From assembly GCF_004010195.1 (NCBI RefSeq), contig NC_057719.1:80341486-80405485 (forward strand): a stretch of 64,000 nucleotides of DNA. Reading direction: 5' to 3'. Source of the DNA: Chiloscyllium plagiosum (taxonomy: Eukaryota). A model generated the notes under the pieces. It had not been told where the DNA came from. It saw only the letters and a program-made list of their open reading frames with translations, and searched no databases. This document shows, piece after piece, positions 11,731-25,519 of the stretch. Positions within the stretch are counted from its first letter, which is position 1. Each line of letters opens with the position of its first letter. A program made the translations under genes and the position numbers.

Positions 11731-12492
11731 CAATAACAATTTCGATTTCACTGCCGGTTAGATGACATGTGTGTCACTCCAATCAATCATTGAAATAAGT
11801 TGCTCAAAAGAAGCAATGCTTATTTTTTTTTGAGAAGTTGTAGATATTAATTTTAATGAATCTGGACAAGTTAAATGATAAATATTCTCCAGAATAAATT
11901 GCACTATTTATCATAAGAGAGGAAGGCACTGTACATACAGTGCAGACTGCAAAATAAATATTTCTTTTGTCATATTTAATTAGCCAGTGTTATGATGTAT
12001 ATTGAAGGAAGGGTCCTTGTCTGCATCTGTTTATAAGGTGCTGACGTTGACACTTGCTGGACTGTGGAGGGTATATGTTATCCAGTGTAATTGAATGTGC
12101 GGTTTACCGTGAAATCAGTCCTTTGGCATTATGCAGTGCCAGCAACATGGCCTTTCATTTGTTGTCATGGACTACATGGGTGATTTATTTAAGCACGCGG
12201 TGCCTTTAAATTCTTTAGTGTAGCTGTACTGGCTGGGTAGTTTATAGAGAATGCGGAATGCCAGTGGGTTTGCAAAGTGCCCAGCCAGTGCTTGGGTGAT
12301 CTCAGAAACTGTTAAACATGAAAGGGAAAATCAATTTTTCTTTTTATATTTCCTTGTAAGCATTTTCCAGATAAGTGCAGCTTCACTAGAAGGCAGGAGG
12401 TCTCAGTTTCATGGGAGGTCATTTCATTGAAAGGGTTAATAAAAGCCCACTAAATGTTCTCTGTGCGATAACAAGAAATGTCTGTTTTCATT

Positions 12493-12640
12493 AAAAGCCA
12501 AATACTGCAGATGCTGGAGATCGGAAATGAAAACAGGAACTGCTGGAGAAACTCACATCTGTGGAGAGTCATGGAGTCAGTGCATTACAGGCAGAGAACA
12601 GAATCAATGTTTTGGGTTCAATATGAACTCTTCAGAACAG
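12493..12640 (-). mobile_element. PLE terminal repeat (family C), degenerate
   Basis: AAATACTGCAGATGCTGGAG...GCTGGAGAAACTCA...CTCTTCAGAAC; ends at the hammerhead start (GTTCTGAAGA on the minus strand). Confidence 0.6.
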
Positions 12641-14249
12641 AAGACTCTGTCATTTGAATATTGACAGCACTTTTTGTTGTCATTTTGGAAAGAGCACGTA
12701 GTTTCTGGGCCAACTGATGATTCGCGTAGTTGGAACTTATCAAGAGGTGATAAAAAGAAAGCTGCAGGTACAGACTTAAGTGCTGAGTAGATGCGGTTTC
12801 CAGAGAGCTGTGTATGTAGTTCCTCACATCCATTTGCACTGAAGGTGTTGATTGCTCTGGCTTACGCACAGCAGTATGCTGTGAGCTAGCTCAGCGACCA
12901 AGGGGCTCAGGTTTTGGATGTGACACTGGAGGTTCTGGTGAAGAAGGTTAGGAGGATGCTTTCCTGTCCCTGTAACGAGTGGACAGAGATGGGGGTGGTG
13001 AGGAATGGGAAGACATCTCATCTTGCTCACACTCCTGCTTGTTTCTCCAGCATTAACTGAACATGCTTTGTCTATAAAGGCTTTAGGACCCTGGAGCAAC
13101 TTGGTGATGATGACATTGAACTGTTCTCCACTGGGCATAAAAACCAGTTTGGGCGGAGTTAGTTAGAACAAATAAAGATATGTAGATAGAGAGAAGTGCA
13201 AGGGGAGGGATGGTTATCAAGAAGCCTCAGCCTGGAGATAGTTCTTGACCATACCTTTTCCTCAACCAGTCTTTTTTGAGTCCAAATTGTTGGATGTGGG
13301 CATAAAATTTCATCATGAATGGTGGCAGTGATGGACTCCAGTGACTACAAAATCTTGGAAGTTGTGAAGATCAAGAAACAGACCTGAAATCATTTAGAGA
13401 AGAGAAGAACTCAAAAAATCACATTTTTAAACAGAACACTGACTTGGCAGATCTGTTGGACATTGTGGTACCCTTTAAAACTGAATTATTTCCGTACTGA
13501 ATATTTAGTATTTCCTGTGTAGCATAAGAGCTCATTTAACTGTGTTACTGTAGTAAGTAGCCTTCGACAAGAATAAACAAAAAGATCATCAGTCGCAACT
13601 CTTTCAAATTATAAATGCAGTGTTTGGGAGTACAAGAAGTTTTTATTCTTAGAGGAATGGAAACTAACTCTTAAAAGGGGGTGGGAAATGAACAACAGTC
13701 ACCCTGAATCATGAGTAGCCGCCTTTGGTGATTGGTCAAAGGATTCAGACAATTATTTAACACAGCACAAATTACCAGCCTCTAGAAAGAGGGTATATCA
13801 AGAAGGGAACGGGGGCAGAGGGCAGTCCTCATCAGCTCGTCCATATAGGCAGCAGTCCTTGTCAGGGACCTGTCTTCACCAGAGTCAAGATGGACCAGAG
13901 GAGGAGGAAGATCCAGGGAAGAGTTCCCTAACTCATCGGTGAGAGATCACAACACAGCCCCCCTCATCTTTACCGAGATTGATGCATTCTGCACCAAGGG
14001 CTTGTTCATTCTCTAGTATCAGTGAATCATCTTCAGTTGTCACTGTTGTATACCTGCTTTGTCTAATTCATTTTTGAATCATATCCAATCTCAATAAACG
14101 ATCAGCAAGTTGTTTTCAAATGGTCAAGTGCCTATATTAATTAAAATCCCCCAAAATCAACACTTAGCTCTGTAAAAACCATCTCGATTCTTCACCTTCA
14201 CAACCCCTTTCCATTGACATTTCTTCAATAGACAACCCTGTTTATAAGT

Positions 14250-14660
14250 TGATAAGATATAAGAGTAGAATGAGGCCATTTGATCCATCGGGTCTGCTCC
14301 ACCATTCAGTCATGGCTGATATGCTCCCCACCCCCATTTTCCTGCCTTTTCCCCATAATCCTTCAACCCAATACCAATTAAAAATCTGTCCAACTGTTCC
14401 TTAAATTTACTCACTGGGGTAGCAAATTCCACAGATTCACAACCCATTGGGAGAAGTCGTTTCTCCTCAACTGTGTTTTAAATTTGCTACCCCTTCTCCT
14501 AAGACCATGAGCTCTTGTCCTAGAATGCCCTACAAGAGAAAACATCTGCTCCACATCTGTTTTATCCACACCTTTTATCATCTTGAATACCTCAATTTGA
14601 TCTCCCCTCATTCTTCTAAATTCCAGAGATTAAAGGCATAAACTGTTCATTCTCTCTTCG
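14250..14660 (-). mobile_element. CR1 LINE 3' fragment
   Basis: ORF 14411..14611 MRGDQIEVFKMIKG...VVNLWNLLPQ. Confidence 0.8.
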
Positions 14661-14664
14661 AACT

Positions 14665-15670
14665 GAAATTTCTGAATGTGCTATATCTAACATTCTACCA
14701 GGACTAAATGGAATTTTATGGACTGGGGATAATATCCTGTTATACACCAAAACCCCCCAGTACCATGACAGGAGATTGCATGATGTCCTGAAGTGTTTAC
14801 AAGAACTGGGACTTACACTGAATAACAATGTGAGTTTTCTAGGGTCCCCATGCATTTCACAATGTGGAAGCAGGCCATTAGGGCCAACAAGTCCACACTG
14901 ACCCTCCAAAGAGTATCCCACCCAGACCCATTCCTCTATCTATTACTCCACATTTACCCTTGACTAATGCACATAAACTACACACCCCTGAACATGACAG
15001 GCAATTTAGCTTGGCCAATCCACCTAACCTGGACATCTTTGGACTGTGGGAGGAAACCAGAGAACCTGGAGGAAACTCATGTGGACACGGGGAGAATGTG
15101 CAAACTCCACACAGTCACCCAATACTGGAATCAAACCTGGGTCCCTGGTGCTGTGAGGCAACAGTACTAACCACTGACCCACTATTTACTAGGAGTCACA
15201 TGGTTCTCATGATCCCCAGTAAACTGAAAGATTTACTGATTCCAAAGTCTTCGCTTGACCTACAACAGTTTCTGGAGCTATGGCGAATCATTAGGCCAGA
15301 TCTTAAGCACTCCTTGTCCCTGTTACGGAATGCTTGAGAACTCTCTTAAGCATGGTATTGGGACACATGATCACAGCCAACCTGTCAGATGGTTATAGGT
15401 CATAGAGATGTACAGGAAAGACATGCTGTCTCCCACCCAATGTCTCAGCCCATTATAATCCATCTCAACCCATGATGACTGCTGTGGACGCCTCAGCCAT
15501 GGGTACTGCGGCAGTTCTTTCTCCGGAAGAGTGGGAAAGATATTGAAATCCTATATATTACTCTTAAAGGATGTTACCAGATGTGGAGACTCAGCGTGCC
15601 ACCACTGAGAAACAGGCTTTAGTGGTTAAATAGGCCCGTGAAAATTGTATTGATTACATTTTGGGCCTCA
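14665..15670 (+). mobile_element. Gypsy LTR-retrotransposon pol remnant (RT-RNaseH), interrupted by a SINE
   Basis: Manual translation: ISNILPGLNGILWTGDNILLY, HDRRLHDVLKCLQELGLTLN, AHYNPSQPMMTAVDASAMGTAAVL, TEKQALVVK*ARENCIDYILGL. Confidence 0.7.
14860..15181 (-). mobile_element. HE1-type SINE inserted in the Gypsy remnant
   Basis: Similar to the other copies. Confidence 0.8.
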
Positions 15671-15949
15671 CGAGGCATAAATTAGAATCTTTTCTTTTCA
15701 GTGCTCTTGTTAAATTTATGTTTGTTACAATAAATAGTGTTTTTTTTACTATTAAGAAGAACCTGCTGTGAATTGATTTTGCCCTGAGTCAGGAAAATTG
15801 GGCATTTTTGTGGTTTCAGTGGGATCTTATATGTTTATATATTTTATGGCAGCCTATGTTTTAGTGGGGCATCCTTATCAGTGCACTCTTCCCAATTAAC
15901 TCATGAAACCTTCTTAAGGAAGAGGAGTCCAGAATCCAGAGACCAATGT

Positions 15950-16210
15950 GGCACTTCTCCAAAAAGCTTTAGTAAATATAAGAGACAACACTCCACAATG
16001 GAGAGGGAAACCCTCAGTTTATTGCAGATTCTCAAATACTTTGAGATACATATCCAAAAGGAGCACAGAACAACCACAGTCTATGCTGATCACAATGCAT
16101 TAACTTTTGCACAAAGGTTTAAGAACCAGAATGTTACATTATTCTATTGAAGTTTTTTCCTTCAACAAATGAGTTAAAACATATCTGGGAAATCAAATGT
16201 GATCCAGAGC
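15950..16210 (+). mobile_element. Second Gypsy RNaseH fragment
   Basis: ORF 15881..16150 HSTMERETLSLLQILKYFEIHI...VYADHNALTF resembles the YSTxEKE and TDHxPL motifs. Confidence 0.7.
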
Positions 16211-16329
16211 TTAAAGAAGCCCAGTTAGAACTAAAAAGACAGTATTGACTGAGGCGAGAGAAATGAATACTTGTGAAGGTGTCCATTATTTTATTTCTTT
16301 TTCATTTTTCTCCCTTGTAATGATATGCT

Positions 16330-16466
16330 GTTAAAAATCACACAACACCAGGTTATAGTCTAACAGTTTATTTGTAAGCCCTAGCTTTTGGAGCGTTGCT
16401 CCTTCATCAGGTGGTTGCTTCAGAAAGTTGGTGCTTACAAATAAACTGTTGGACTATAACCTGGTC
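16330..16466. mobile_element. Foldback PLE terminus (family B) with hammerhead on the minus strand
   Basis: ACCAGGTTATAGTCTAACAG is inverted relative to CTGTTGGACTATAACCTGGT; minus strand reads cac-CTGATGA-A-GGAGC-AAC-GCTCC-AAA-AGCT-A. Confidence 0.75.
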
Positions 16467-16620
16467 ATGGAGTCATACAGCCATAGAGATGTACAGCACA
16501 GAAGCAGACCTTTCAGTTCAACTCATCCATGCCAACCAGATATCCCAAACCAATCTAGTCCCACCTGCCAGCACCCGTCCAGATCCCTCCAAACCCTTCC
16601 TCTTCATACATACCCATGCA
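16465..16620 (-). mobile_element. CR1 3'UTR fragment
   Basis: CATAGAGATGTACAGCAC...CAAACCCTTCC matches the CR1 tail at 17105. Confidence 0.75.
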
Positions 16621-17104
16621 TATGCGTATTAAACGTTATACAATATTAGGAGATGGAAAGAGGGTATTTTATCCATCAGATTATTTCTCTTCACAAGCCA
16701 CTGAGTTAAATCCTGCTTCCATGCTCATTTCCTTTCTTTCAACATCATCTTCCAAACTAATATACCCTACCACCTGAAAGGGCAAGGTCAATAATTACAC
16801 AGGAACACCATCAGCAAGTTTTCCTTGAAACCACACACACAACACTGACTTGGATAAATATGACTATCAGTGTCACTACATCAAAGTTGTAGAACTCCTT
16901 CACTATAAGGTATGAAATACCCATGCTACATGAATGCCTGGGATTCAATAAAGCAGCTCAACAGCTCTTTCTTTGGTGCACTTAGAGACAGAAAATGAAT
17001 AGGCACTTTGTTAATGATTCACCCATCTTAGGAAAGAATTTAAAAAGGTTGAGAACATAGCATATTCCTCTTTCAAGCAAACATAGATTTTAAAATAATT
17101 TGAA

Positions 17105-19250
17105 TCATAGAGTCATAGAGATGTACAGCACGGAAACAGACACTTTGGCCCAACCCGACCATGCCGACCAGATAATTCCAACCTAATCTATTCCCACCTA
17201 CCAGCACCTGGTCCATATCCCTCCAAACCCTTCCTATTCATATACCCATCCAGATGCCTTTGAAATATTGCAATTGTATCAGCCTCCACCACTTCCTCTG
17301 GCAGCTCATTCCATATACGTACCACCCTCTGTGTGAAAATGTTGCCCCTTAGGTCTCTTTTATATCTTTCCCCTCTCTCCCTAAACCTATGCCCTCTAGT
17401 TCTGGCCTCCTCAACCCCAGGGAAAAGACTTTGTCTATTTATCCTATCCATGCCCTTCACGATTTTATAAACCTCCATAAGGTCACCCCTCAGCCTCCGA
17501 CGTTCCAGGGAAAACAGCCCGAGCTTATTCAACCTCTCCCGCCAGCTCAAATTCTCCAACCCTGGCAACATCCTTGTAAATCTTTTCTGAACCCTTTCAA
17601 GTTTCACAACATAGCAGTAGACCAGAATTGCATGCAATATTCCAACAGTCGCCTAACCAATGTCCTGTACAGCCACAACATGATCTCCCAACTCCTGTAC
17701 TCAATAGTCTGACAAATAAAGGAAAGCATACCAAACGCCTTCTTCACTATCCTATCTACCTGCGACTCCAAGGTCTCTTACCATTAAGTGTATAGGTCCT
17801 GCTAAGATTTGCTTTCCCAAAATGCAGCACTTCACATTTATCTAAATTAAACTCCATCTGCCACTTCTCAGCCCATTGGTCCATATGATCAAGATCCTGC
17901 TGTAATCTGAGATAACCCTTTTCGCTGTCCACTATACCTCCAATTTTGGTGTCATCTGCAAACTTACTAACTATACCTCTTATGCTCACATCCAATGATG
18001 AAAAGCAGTGGACCCAGCACCGATCCACTGGTCACAGGCCTCCAGTCTGAAAAACAACCTTCCACCACCACCCTCTGTCTTCTACCTTTGAGCCAGTTCT
18101 GTATCCAAATGGCTAGTTCTTCCTGTATTCCATGAGATCTAACCTTGCTAACCAGTCTCCCATGGGGTACTGAAATCCAAATAGATTACATCTACCACTC
18201 TGCCCTTATCAATCCTCTTTGTTACCTCTTCAAAAACTCAATCAAGTTTGTGAGACATGATTTCCCACCCACAAAGCCATGTTGACTATCCCGAATCAGT
18301 CCTTGCCTTTCCAAATACATGTACATCCTGTCCGCCAGGATTCCTTCTAACAACTTGCCCACCACTGATGTCAGGCTCACCGGTCTATAGTTCCCTGGCT
18401 TGTCCTTACCACCTTTCTTAAACAGTGGTACCACATTAGCCAACCTCCACAGTCTTCCGGCACCTTACCTGTGACTATCGATGATACAAATATCTCAGTA
18501 AGAAGCCCAGCAATTACTTCTCTCACTTCCCACAGAGTTCTAGGGTGCACCTGATCAGGTCCTGGGGATTTATCCACTTTTATGCATTTCAAGACATCTA
18601 GTACTTCCTCCTCTGTAATATGGACATTTTTCAAGATGTCACCATCTATTTCCCTACTGTCTATATCTTCCATGTTGTTTTCCACAGTAAATACTGATGC
18701 AAAATATTTGTTTAGTATCTTCCTCACCTCCTGCGGCTTCACACAAAGGCTGCCTTTCTAGTTTTTGAGGGCCCCTATTGTCTCCCTAGTTACCCTTTTG
18801 TCCATAATGTATTTGTAAAAACCCTTTGGATTCTCCTTAATTCTATTTGCCAAAGCTATCTCATGTCCCCTTATCGCCCTCCTAATTTCTCTTTTATACT
18901 CCTACTGCCTTTATCCTCTTCGAAGGATTCACTTGATCTATCCTGTCTATGCCTGACATATGCTTCCTTCTTTTTCTTAACCAAACCCTCAATTTCTTTA
19001 GTCATCCAGCATGCGCTATACCTATCAGCCTTTCCTTTCGCCCTGACAGGAATATACTTTCTCTGGATTCTCATTATCTCATTTCTGAAGGCTTCCCATT
19101 TTCCAGCCGCCCCTTTACCTGCGAACATCTGCCCCCAATCAGCTTTCAAAAGCTCTTGCCTAATACCGTCAAAATTGGCCTTTCTCCAATTTAGAACTTC
19201 AACTTGCCTTATTTACCAAGAGTAAGTCAAGTTTTGCACCTTCTCTAGTA
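17105..19250 (-). mobile_element. CR1 (HER1-like) LINE, 5'-truncated ORF2 RT plus 3'UTR
   Basis: [56 protein letters not shown]; (TCTATGAC)n tail. Confidence 0.95.
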
Positions 19251-20172
19251 GGTACAGTAAACCATAATTCAACATAACTTTATGGCAGAGAATTCCATGT
19301 TCTAAATTCATTTTTTTTCTGACCTTTAATTCCGGATTATTTTCAATTTGTGCTCTTGTTGTGATCCAGCGAAAACAAGTTAATATAAAATCTATAATTA
19401 CATTGCCTTATTATGGTTTCATGGTCTTATGCTTCCAATTGTAATTTCTACTTCTAAAAGATGAGATTTCCACTGTCAAGACTTTATTTATTGCCTATAC
19501 CTAGTTGCTCCAAGGTATTGTTGGGCCATCACCTTGAACCACATGATGATGCCAGGCACAGAACTTTGACCCAGTGATGATGAACAAACCACCACGTTTA
19601 TACAATCCACAATGCATCTTAGAAAGGAATGTGGTGGTAATTGTGCCCCTTATAGAATTGTTGTTCCTATCACTCTTGGCAATAGGTCACAAAGGAGGTG
19701 GTACAAGTACACAATCCTTATCCGAAATGCTTGGGGCCAGCTGGTTTTCAGAATTCAGAATTTTTTGAAATTTGGATTAAGTGACAGTTCAACGGTGAAA
19801 TTTTAAAAAATCTTACCAAAAAGCAGACTCACTGTGAGTAATGGGCCCTGAGACAAAATTGAAGCCTGCCAGTGCTGGGCCACATCTGAGTGACACACAT
19901 GAGTTGGGTTAACTGTTTGCAAGTCAAACAACTTTTTCTTATATAATATGTTTTTATTGAGAAAAATAGATTTTTAAAATATTACAAGTACAAAACAATG
20001 CAATTCAGAGCAGTATAAAAATAAACCTTAATAATAAAAAAATCCCCAACCCACCCTCCTGTACAAATGTATAAACATATATAAAAAAAATAAAAGTACA
20101 AAAAAAACCTAAACTAGTTATTTAACTAAATAAATAAATAACCAACAATAAAACAAATAAATAGTAATAATT

Positions 20173-20416
20173 CAGCCCAGCCAAACAAACACTCATACAT
20201 TTACAGTTCCTCCTCCCTGGATATTGGACATGTGAAACACAATCATTACGGCTGTATAAAAGCCCTTGTTACTGTGGCAGATAAATCTGTGTCCAGCCCA
20301 GCCAAACAAACACTCATACATTCACAGTTCCTCCTCCCTGGATATTGGACATGTGAAACACAATCGTTACGGCTGTATAAAAGCCCTTGTTAGTGTGGCA
20401 GATAAATCTGTGTCCA
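20173..20416. repeat. 121-bp tandem duplication in the L1 3' end
   Basis: CAGCCCAGCCAAACAAACAC... starts at 20173 and again at 20294. Confidence 0.9.
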
Positions 20417-23400
20417 GAAATTCCAAAAAGGATTGCCATGTCTTGTAAAAATTCTCAGATTTGTGGTGTACCATATTTGTGAGAAAATCCAGAGGAATAT
20501 GCTCCATAACAATCTTCCGCCGAACCAACAGGTCTGGGAGTTTTCAGATACCCAACCTAGCAAGATATTCTTTCTTGCACAAAACATGAGAATATTGAAA
20601 AGGTTTTTCTTATGCGCGTCTGCAGGAAATACAGTGACAAGGCCCAAAAGGAGAGAGATAGGGTCCTTCTCCACCCTTACACCCAAAATCCTCTCCATTG
20701 CACCCACCACAGCGCTCCAATATGTTTGAAGCATGCCACAAGACCAAAGACAATGGGTAAGAGTGCCCGTACAGACCTTGCACTTGGGACATGCTGAAGA
20801 TACTCCTGGTTTAAATTTTGACAAACGGTCTGGGGCTAAGTGGACCCTGTGGAGAATCTTCACCTGTAAAGCATGGGTCCTATTGCAAATTGATATCTTC
20901 CTTGCATTCTCCCAAATATCCTCCCATGCCTCTGAAGAAACTTCAACACCTAGCTCTCTTACCCACATCTTGCAGAGTCGATCAGACGCATCTGAGGTGG
21001 CACCTCCCAATTGGTGATATAAAGTACTGACAGAAAGTGTACTCTTAGCCCTTAGTACCCCTCTTTCTATGTCAGATTTGTAGGGATCAGTCAAAAGTGT
21101 GGTCTTTTTTTGAATAAAATCCCTAACTTGAAAAAAACGAAAGAGGTCTCTATTAGATAACTCGTACTTCCGTACTAACTGATCGAAGGACATCAAAATG
21201 TCTCCCTCAAATAAATCGCCCACGCAAGACACATCCCGAGCTGCTCAACGTTTAAATCCTGAATCTGTCACACCCGGTTGAAAACCCAGCATATCCACTA
21301 AAAGTGTAAACAAAGGTGTTTTGCCAATATTGCCTTCCCTCTGCCGAATTGCCTCCATGCTTAAACAGCATTGATAACTATTGGGTTATGGCAATATTCC
21401 CTAATTGTCCTCAGCTTGTCCAAAAACAGCAAACTAGTAAAGGGGCACCTTGCCTGGGAGGCTTCGATATCTAGCCATTTTGAAAAAGGATCACCACAAA
21501 CCCAATCACTCACCTAGGTCAAAAGCGAGCTTAATTGGTCATTTTTAATGTCTGGAAGGTCCACTCCCCCCAGTCTGTGAGGCAACTGTAGTTTGGTTAA
21601 TTTAATGACAGGCCGCTTATGATACCAGATGAAGGAGCTGAACCAGCTGTTCAGTCTCCTGAGTGTTTGCTTATTGAAAATCAGGGGGAGCATCCGTATA
21701 GGGTATAGCAAACGAGGGAGAATATTCATCTTAATAAGCGCTATCCAACCCTACCATGAGACTGGAAGTGCCTCCCATCTTTGGAGATCTTGTTTGATTT
21801 TTCCAAATAATTGAGTAAAATTGGCTTTAAATCGCCAATCCAGAACTGGAGTAATGAATATGCCCAAATACACAAAACCCCCCTGTGACCACCTAAATGG
21901 GAATCTATAGTTGCCCTCAAGACCAAGCTCCTTGGTAAGACCACCCATAAGCATAGCCTCTGATTTAGCAAAATTAATCTTATACCCTGGAAAAGTGCTA
22001 AACATGTGAATGCATTGTATCAGGCAAGGCACTGAAACTGCTGGATTTGTCAAAAAAATTAGGGCATCGTCTACATACAGCGAGATCTTATGTCATTCTG
22101 ACCCCACTTCTGGAGCTGATATATTGGGATCCCCATGAATGGCCTATGCCAATGGTTCAATCACCAATGTGAAAAGCAGTGGTGAAAGGGGACAGCCCTG
22201 CCGGCTGCTCCTAAAAATACCAAAATTGCATGATCATACTCCGTTGGTAATGACCGCCGCGGGAGGTACATTGTAGAGAACCTTTACCCATTTTATGAAA
22301 ACTTCACCCAGACCAAACCACTCTAGAGTACAGAAAAGGTACGGCCACTCAACTCTGTCAAATGCCTTCTCTGCATCTAAAGAAATCACCAATCCCTGTA
22401 TTGACTGCTATTGGCATGCTTGAATTACGTTAAGCAGCCTCCTAGCACTCTGAAGCTGCCTCACAGCTTCCTGCACTTCTTGCTCTGATAATGGGGCATT
22501 GAGAAAGGACTGTTGTTCGGGAGTCACGCCCGGGAGCTTCAGATCTCTAAAAAAGGATTCCATTTTGGCCTGCCCCTCCTCACAATTCTCAGACTTATAT
22601 AACTTAGAGTAGAATCTCTGGAATGCCACATTAATCTTTTTAGAATCACATCTTAGGTTCCCAGACCCTTCCCTAATCGCTGTAATGGTTTGTGGGGCAC
22701 TTCTCTTTCTGGCAAGGTATGCTAAGTATTTGCCCGGCTTGTCACCATGCTCGCATAACCTTTGCTTTGCAAAAGCCAGCTCCTTCTTTGCCGTCTGCGT
22801 GAGCACGGAATTTAATGCAGACCGCAGTGCCATAATTCTCTGTAGTTTGACCAACGAGGGTCAGTCAAAGTAGGCCTTCAACCGTGCTTCAAGGAGACGT
22901 TGCTGCTCACCCTTCTGCTGCTTCCTACTGGTGGAATATGAAATAACTAAGCCCCTGGCATAAGCTTTGGCAGTTTCCCAGAGAACGGATGAGCTATCAA
23001 CCGAGCCTATGTTGATGTCCAGGAATGCCTGAAATTCCCTAGAGAAATACTCCACAAACTTACTGTCCATGAGGATAAAGGGATCCATTCACCAGTACCT
23101 TGAATCCACTGTAACATCCTTAGTCTTAACCATGAGGTACACTGGAGCATGATCAGAGATGGCAATATTACCAATCGTACAGGATGCCACCAGATCCAGG
23201 GTTACCACAGGGGTCAGGAAAATAATCAATCCTTGTGTGACATCTGTGCGGATTGGAGAAAAATGTGAAATCCCTACCTGTACGGTGGAGACACCTCCAG
23301 ACATCCACCAACTCTAATTCCCCACACAAACCCAATAACTGTTTAGTTTGTGCAGAGGGTATCGAGGGATCTTTGGGCAACCTGTTCTACTGTGGGGTCC

Positions 23401-23842
23401 ATGAGGCAGTTAAAATCTCCCCCTATAATGATGTGCCTGGGCTCGAGACTTATCAATTTAGAAAAAACATCTACCAAGAATTTAAGAGGATGAGCTGGGG
23501 GACAATAAACATTTAAAATACATATTCTTCCCCATTTATCAAGGCTTTAAGAATTGCAAAACTCCCGGATGTGTCTTTAACACATTCCAACAATTTAACT
23601 GAGAGATTTTTCCTAACCAATATAGCCACTCCCCTATTTATGGTATTAAATGATGAAAAATAAACTCGGTCAAAGCCATTCTGCTGTAATTTCAGATGCT
23701 CCTTGTCATCCAAATGCGTGTCCTGTAACAAAGCATTATCCACCTTCTTCTTTCTAAGACTCAAGAGTACCTTCTTCCTCTTAATTGGTGAGTGACTTTC
23801 CTTGATAATCCAGGTACACCATTTAATCAAATCATTGGCCAT
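20367..23842 (-). pseudogene. L1 ORF2p (APE endonuclease-RT-Cys-rich), multiple disruptions
   Basis: IKRKKVL...LQDTHL, FTFFS...TRIDYF, SDHAPV, GYKINFAKSE, YLGI, MNILPRLLYP, CPKC...GTLTHCLWSC. Confidence 0.92.
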
Positions 23843-24118
23843 AATCTTCTGAAATTACATTTAAATTCCAGCGAGGAGGAACCGGAACCACAAACTGCTG
23901 AGCCTTAGTGTCACATGATCCACCAAATATAAAAACTATATAAACTAAAACCACTACATTTAACAAACCTTCAAAATTATTAAAAATAAAAAACCCAACA
24001 GAAACCAAAAAACAAACCAACATATAAAGCATCACCAGCGCTTAGTAGGGGAAGTCACCCCTTGCCTGGAGGGGGCAACTACCCATCCCAAACTGCCCAT
24101 AAGTAGGCATCTAACCAT

Positions 24119-24199
24119 GGGCTTATGCCCGAAATGTCAATTCTCCTTCTCCTTTGATGCTGCCTGACCTGCTGTGCTTTTCTAGCAACACATTTTTAA
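24119..24199 (+). mobile_element. PLE terminus fragment (family A) inside the L1 inter-ORF spacer
   Basis: GGGCTTATGCCCGAAATGTCAATTCTCC...GCAACACATTTT. Confidence 0.75.
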
Positions 24200-24541
24200 G
24201 ATCGAACCATCCCAGCCACCTTCACTTCTCCCAGCGAAAGCCGCACCGCAAACACAAGCTGAAAGGAATAAACACCCATAGAATATCGATATGAATAAAA
24301 AAAATTCTTTTATATATAAAAAAGAGGTAAATAAATACCCCACCCATTCTTTGGTGTATCCTAACTTAGAAATTGAAAATGTACATCTTAACCACCGCCA
24401 GACATAGTTTAAACCAAATTATTATCAATAAAGGAAAAAAGAAGAAAAAATAAATCTCCAACCGGATTTCCTCCATTTCGTTTACAAAGTGATAAATACA
24501 TACCCAAACAACACTATTTATTCATACTAAAATTATTCAAA

Positions 24542-25346
24542 TTAGGTTAGTTTGTCCACAAGGTCTCTTGCCTTCTCCGATGTGTCAAAGAAACGTATGG
24601 ATCCATACAAGGTGACCCGAAGCACTCCTGGATATCTCAGGGAGCACTAAATCCCAGGCTCCCTCAGTCTCCTCTTGACATTGTCGTTTGCTTTTCGTTT
24701 CTGGATCACTGCCGCTGAAAAGTCCTGAAAGAACATGATCTTAGAGCCCTCATAAATTAGGGCCTTTGGATCCTTCCCTTGGAGTCTGGAAGCATCCATG
24801 ACTCTCTCCTTATCCCAGTAATGATGGGACCGCATCAGGAAAGGACGAGGACATTGACCCAGACCTGATCTCCGCACTACAATCCGGTGAGCCCTGTTTA
24901 TCTTCAATCCTCTCATGCCAGCCTCCAAGTCAAGGAATTTCGGCAGCCAATCCTCAACAAATTCTGCAGGCCGCTCACCTTCCTTACCCTCAGGCAGACC
25001 GATGATCTGAATATTTTTTCTCCTGCCCCAGTTTTTAAAGATCATCCACTTGGTCACACAAATTACGAACCTGCTTCTTCAGGGCTTGGATCCTATCCTT
25101 GGATGAACTGGCTTCAGCTTCCACCTCTGTGACCATGTGCTCCACCTCATCCGTCCTCTTCTCCAGGTGTCCCAGCTTCTGCAGCATGAGAGAGACTGGA
25201 GCCAGCTTCTCTTCAATCTGTTTCCCCAGCATCTCGCGAGATTTCGAGAGCTGGTTCACCAGGTCCTGGAGAGTAATCGGCTCCGAAGCTGCTGCAGGCC
25301 GAACTGCTGACCCAGTCTCGGATGCTCTTCCTCCTTTTCTCGGCAT
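24542..25346 (-). pseudogene. L1 ORF1p (coiled coil-RRM-CTD), frameshifted
   Basis: MPRKGG... coiled coil; GRRKNIQIIGLPEG; RAHR; FFQDFS; SLRYPG. Confidence 0.9.
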
Positions 25347-25509
25347 CTTTGGATGGCTGAAAATACAGGTAAGTTAATTTTTAGACATTTCTTGGGACTC
25401 CATGATCTTTCTGGAGTCCCAAGAAATCCCATTGGCCTGGGTTGGGTGGTTTAAAGGACCGTCCTCTCCTGCTGCGATGCGAAGCTCTGCAGGTGATGTT
25501 CTCAGACCA

Positions 25510-25519
25510 CCGCCATCTT
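25510..25519 (-). promoter_or_regulatory. YY1-type motif at the L1 5' terminus (internal promoter)
   Basis: AAGATGGCGG ~10 nt from the G-rich 5' end, the same arrangement as in mammalian L1. Confidence 0.55.
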
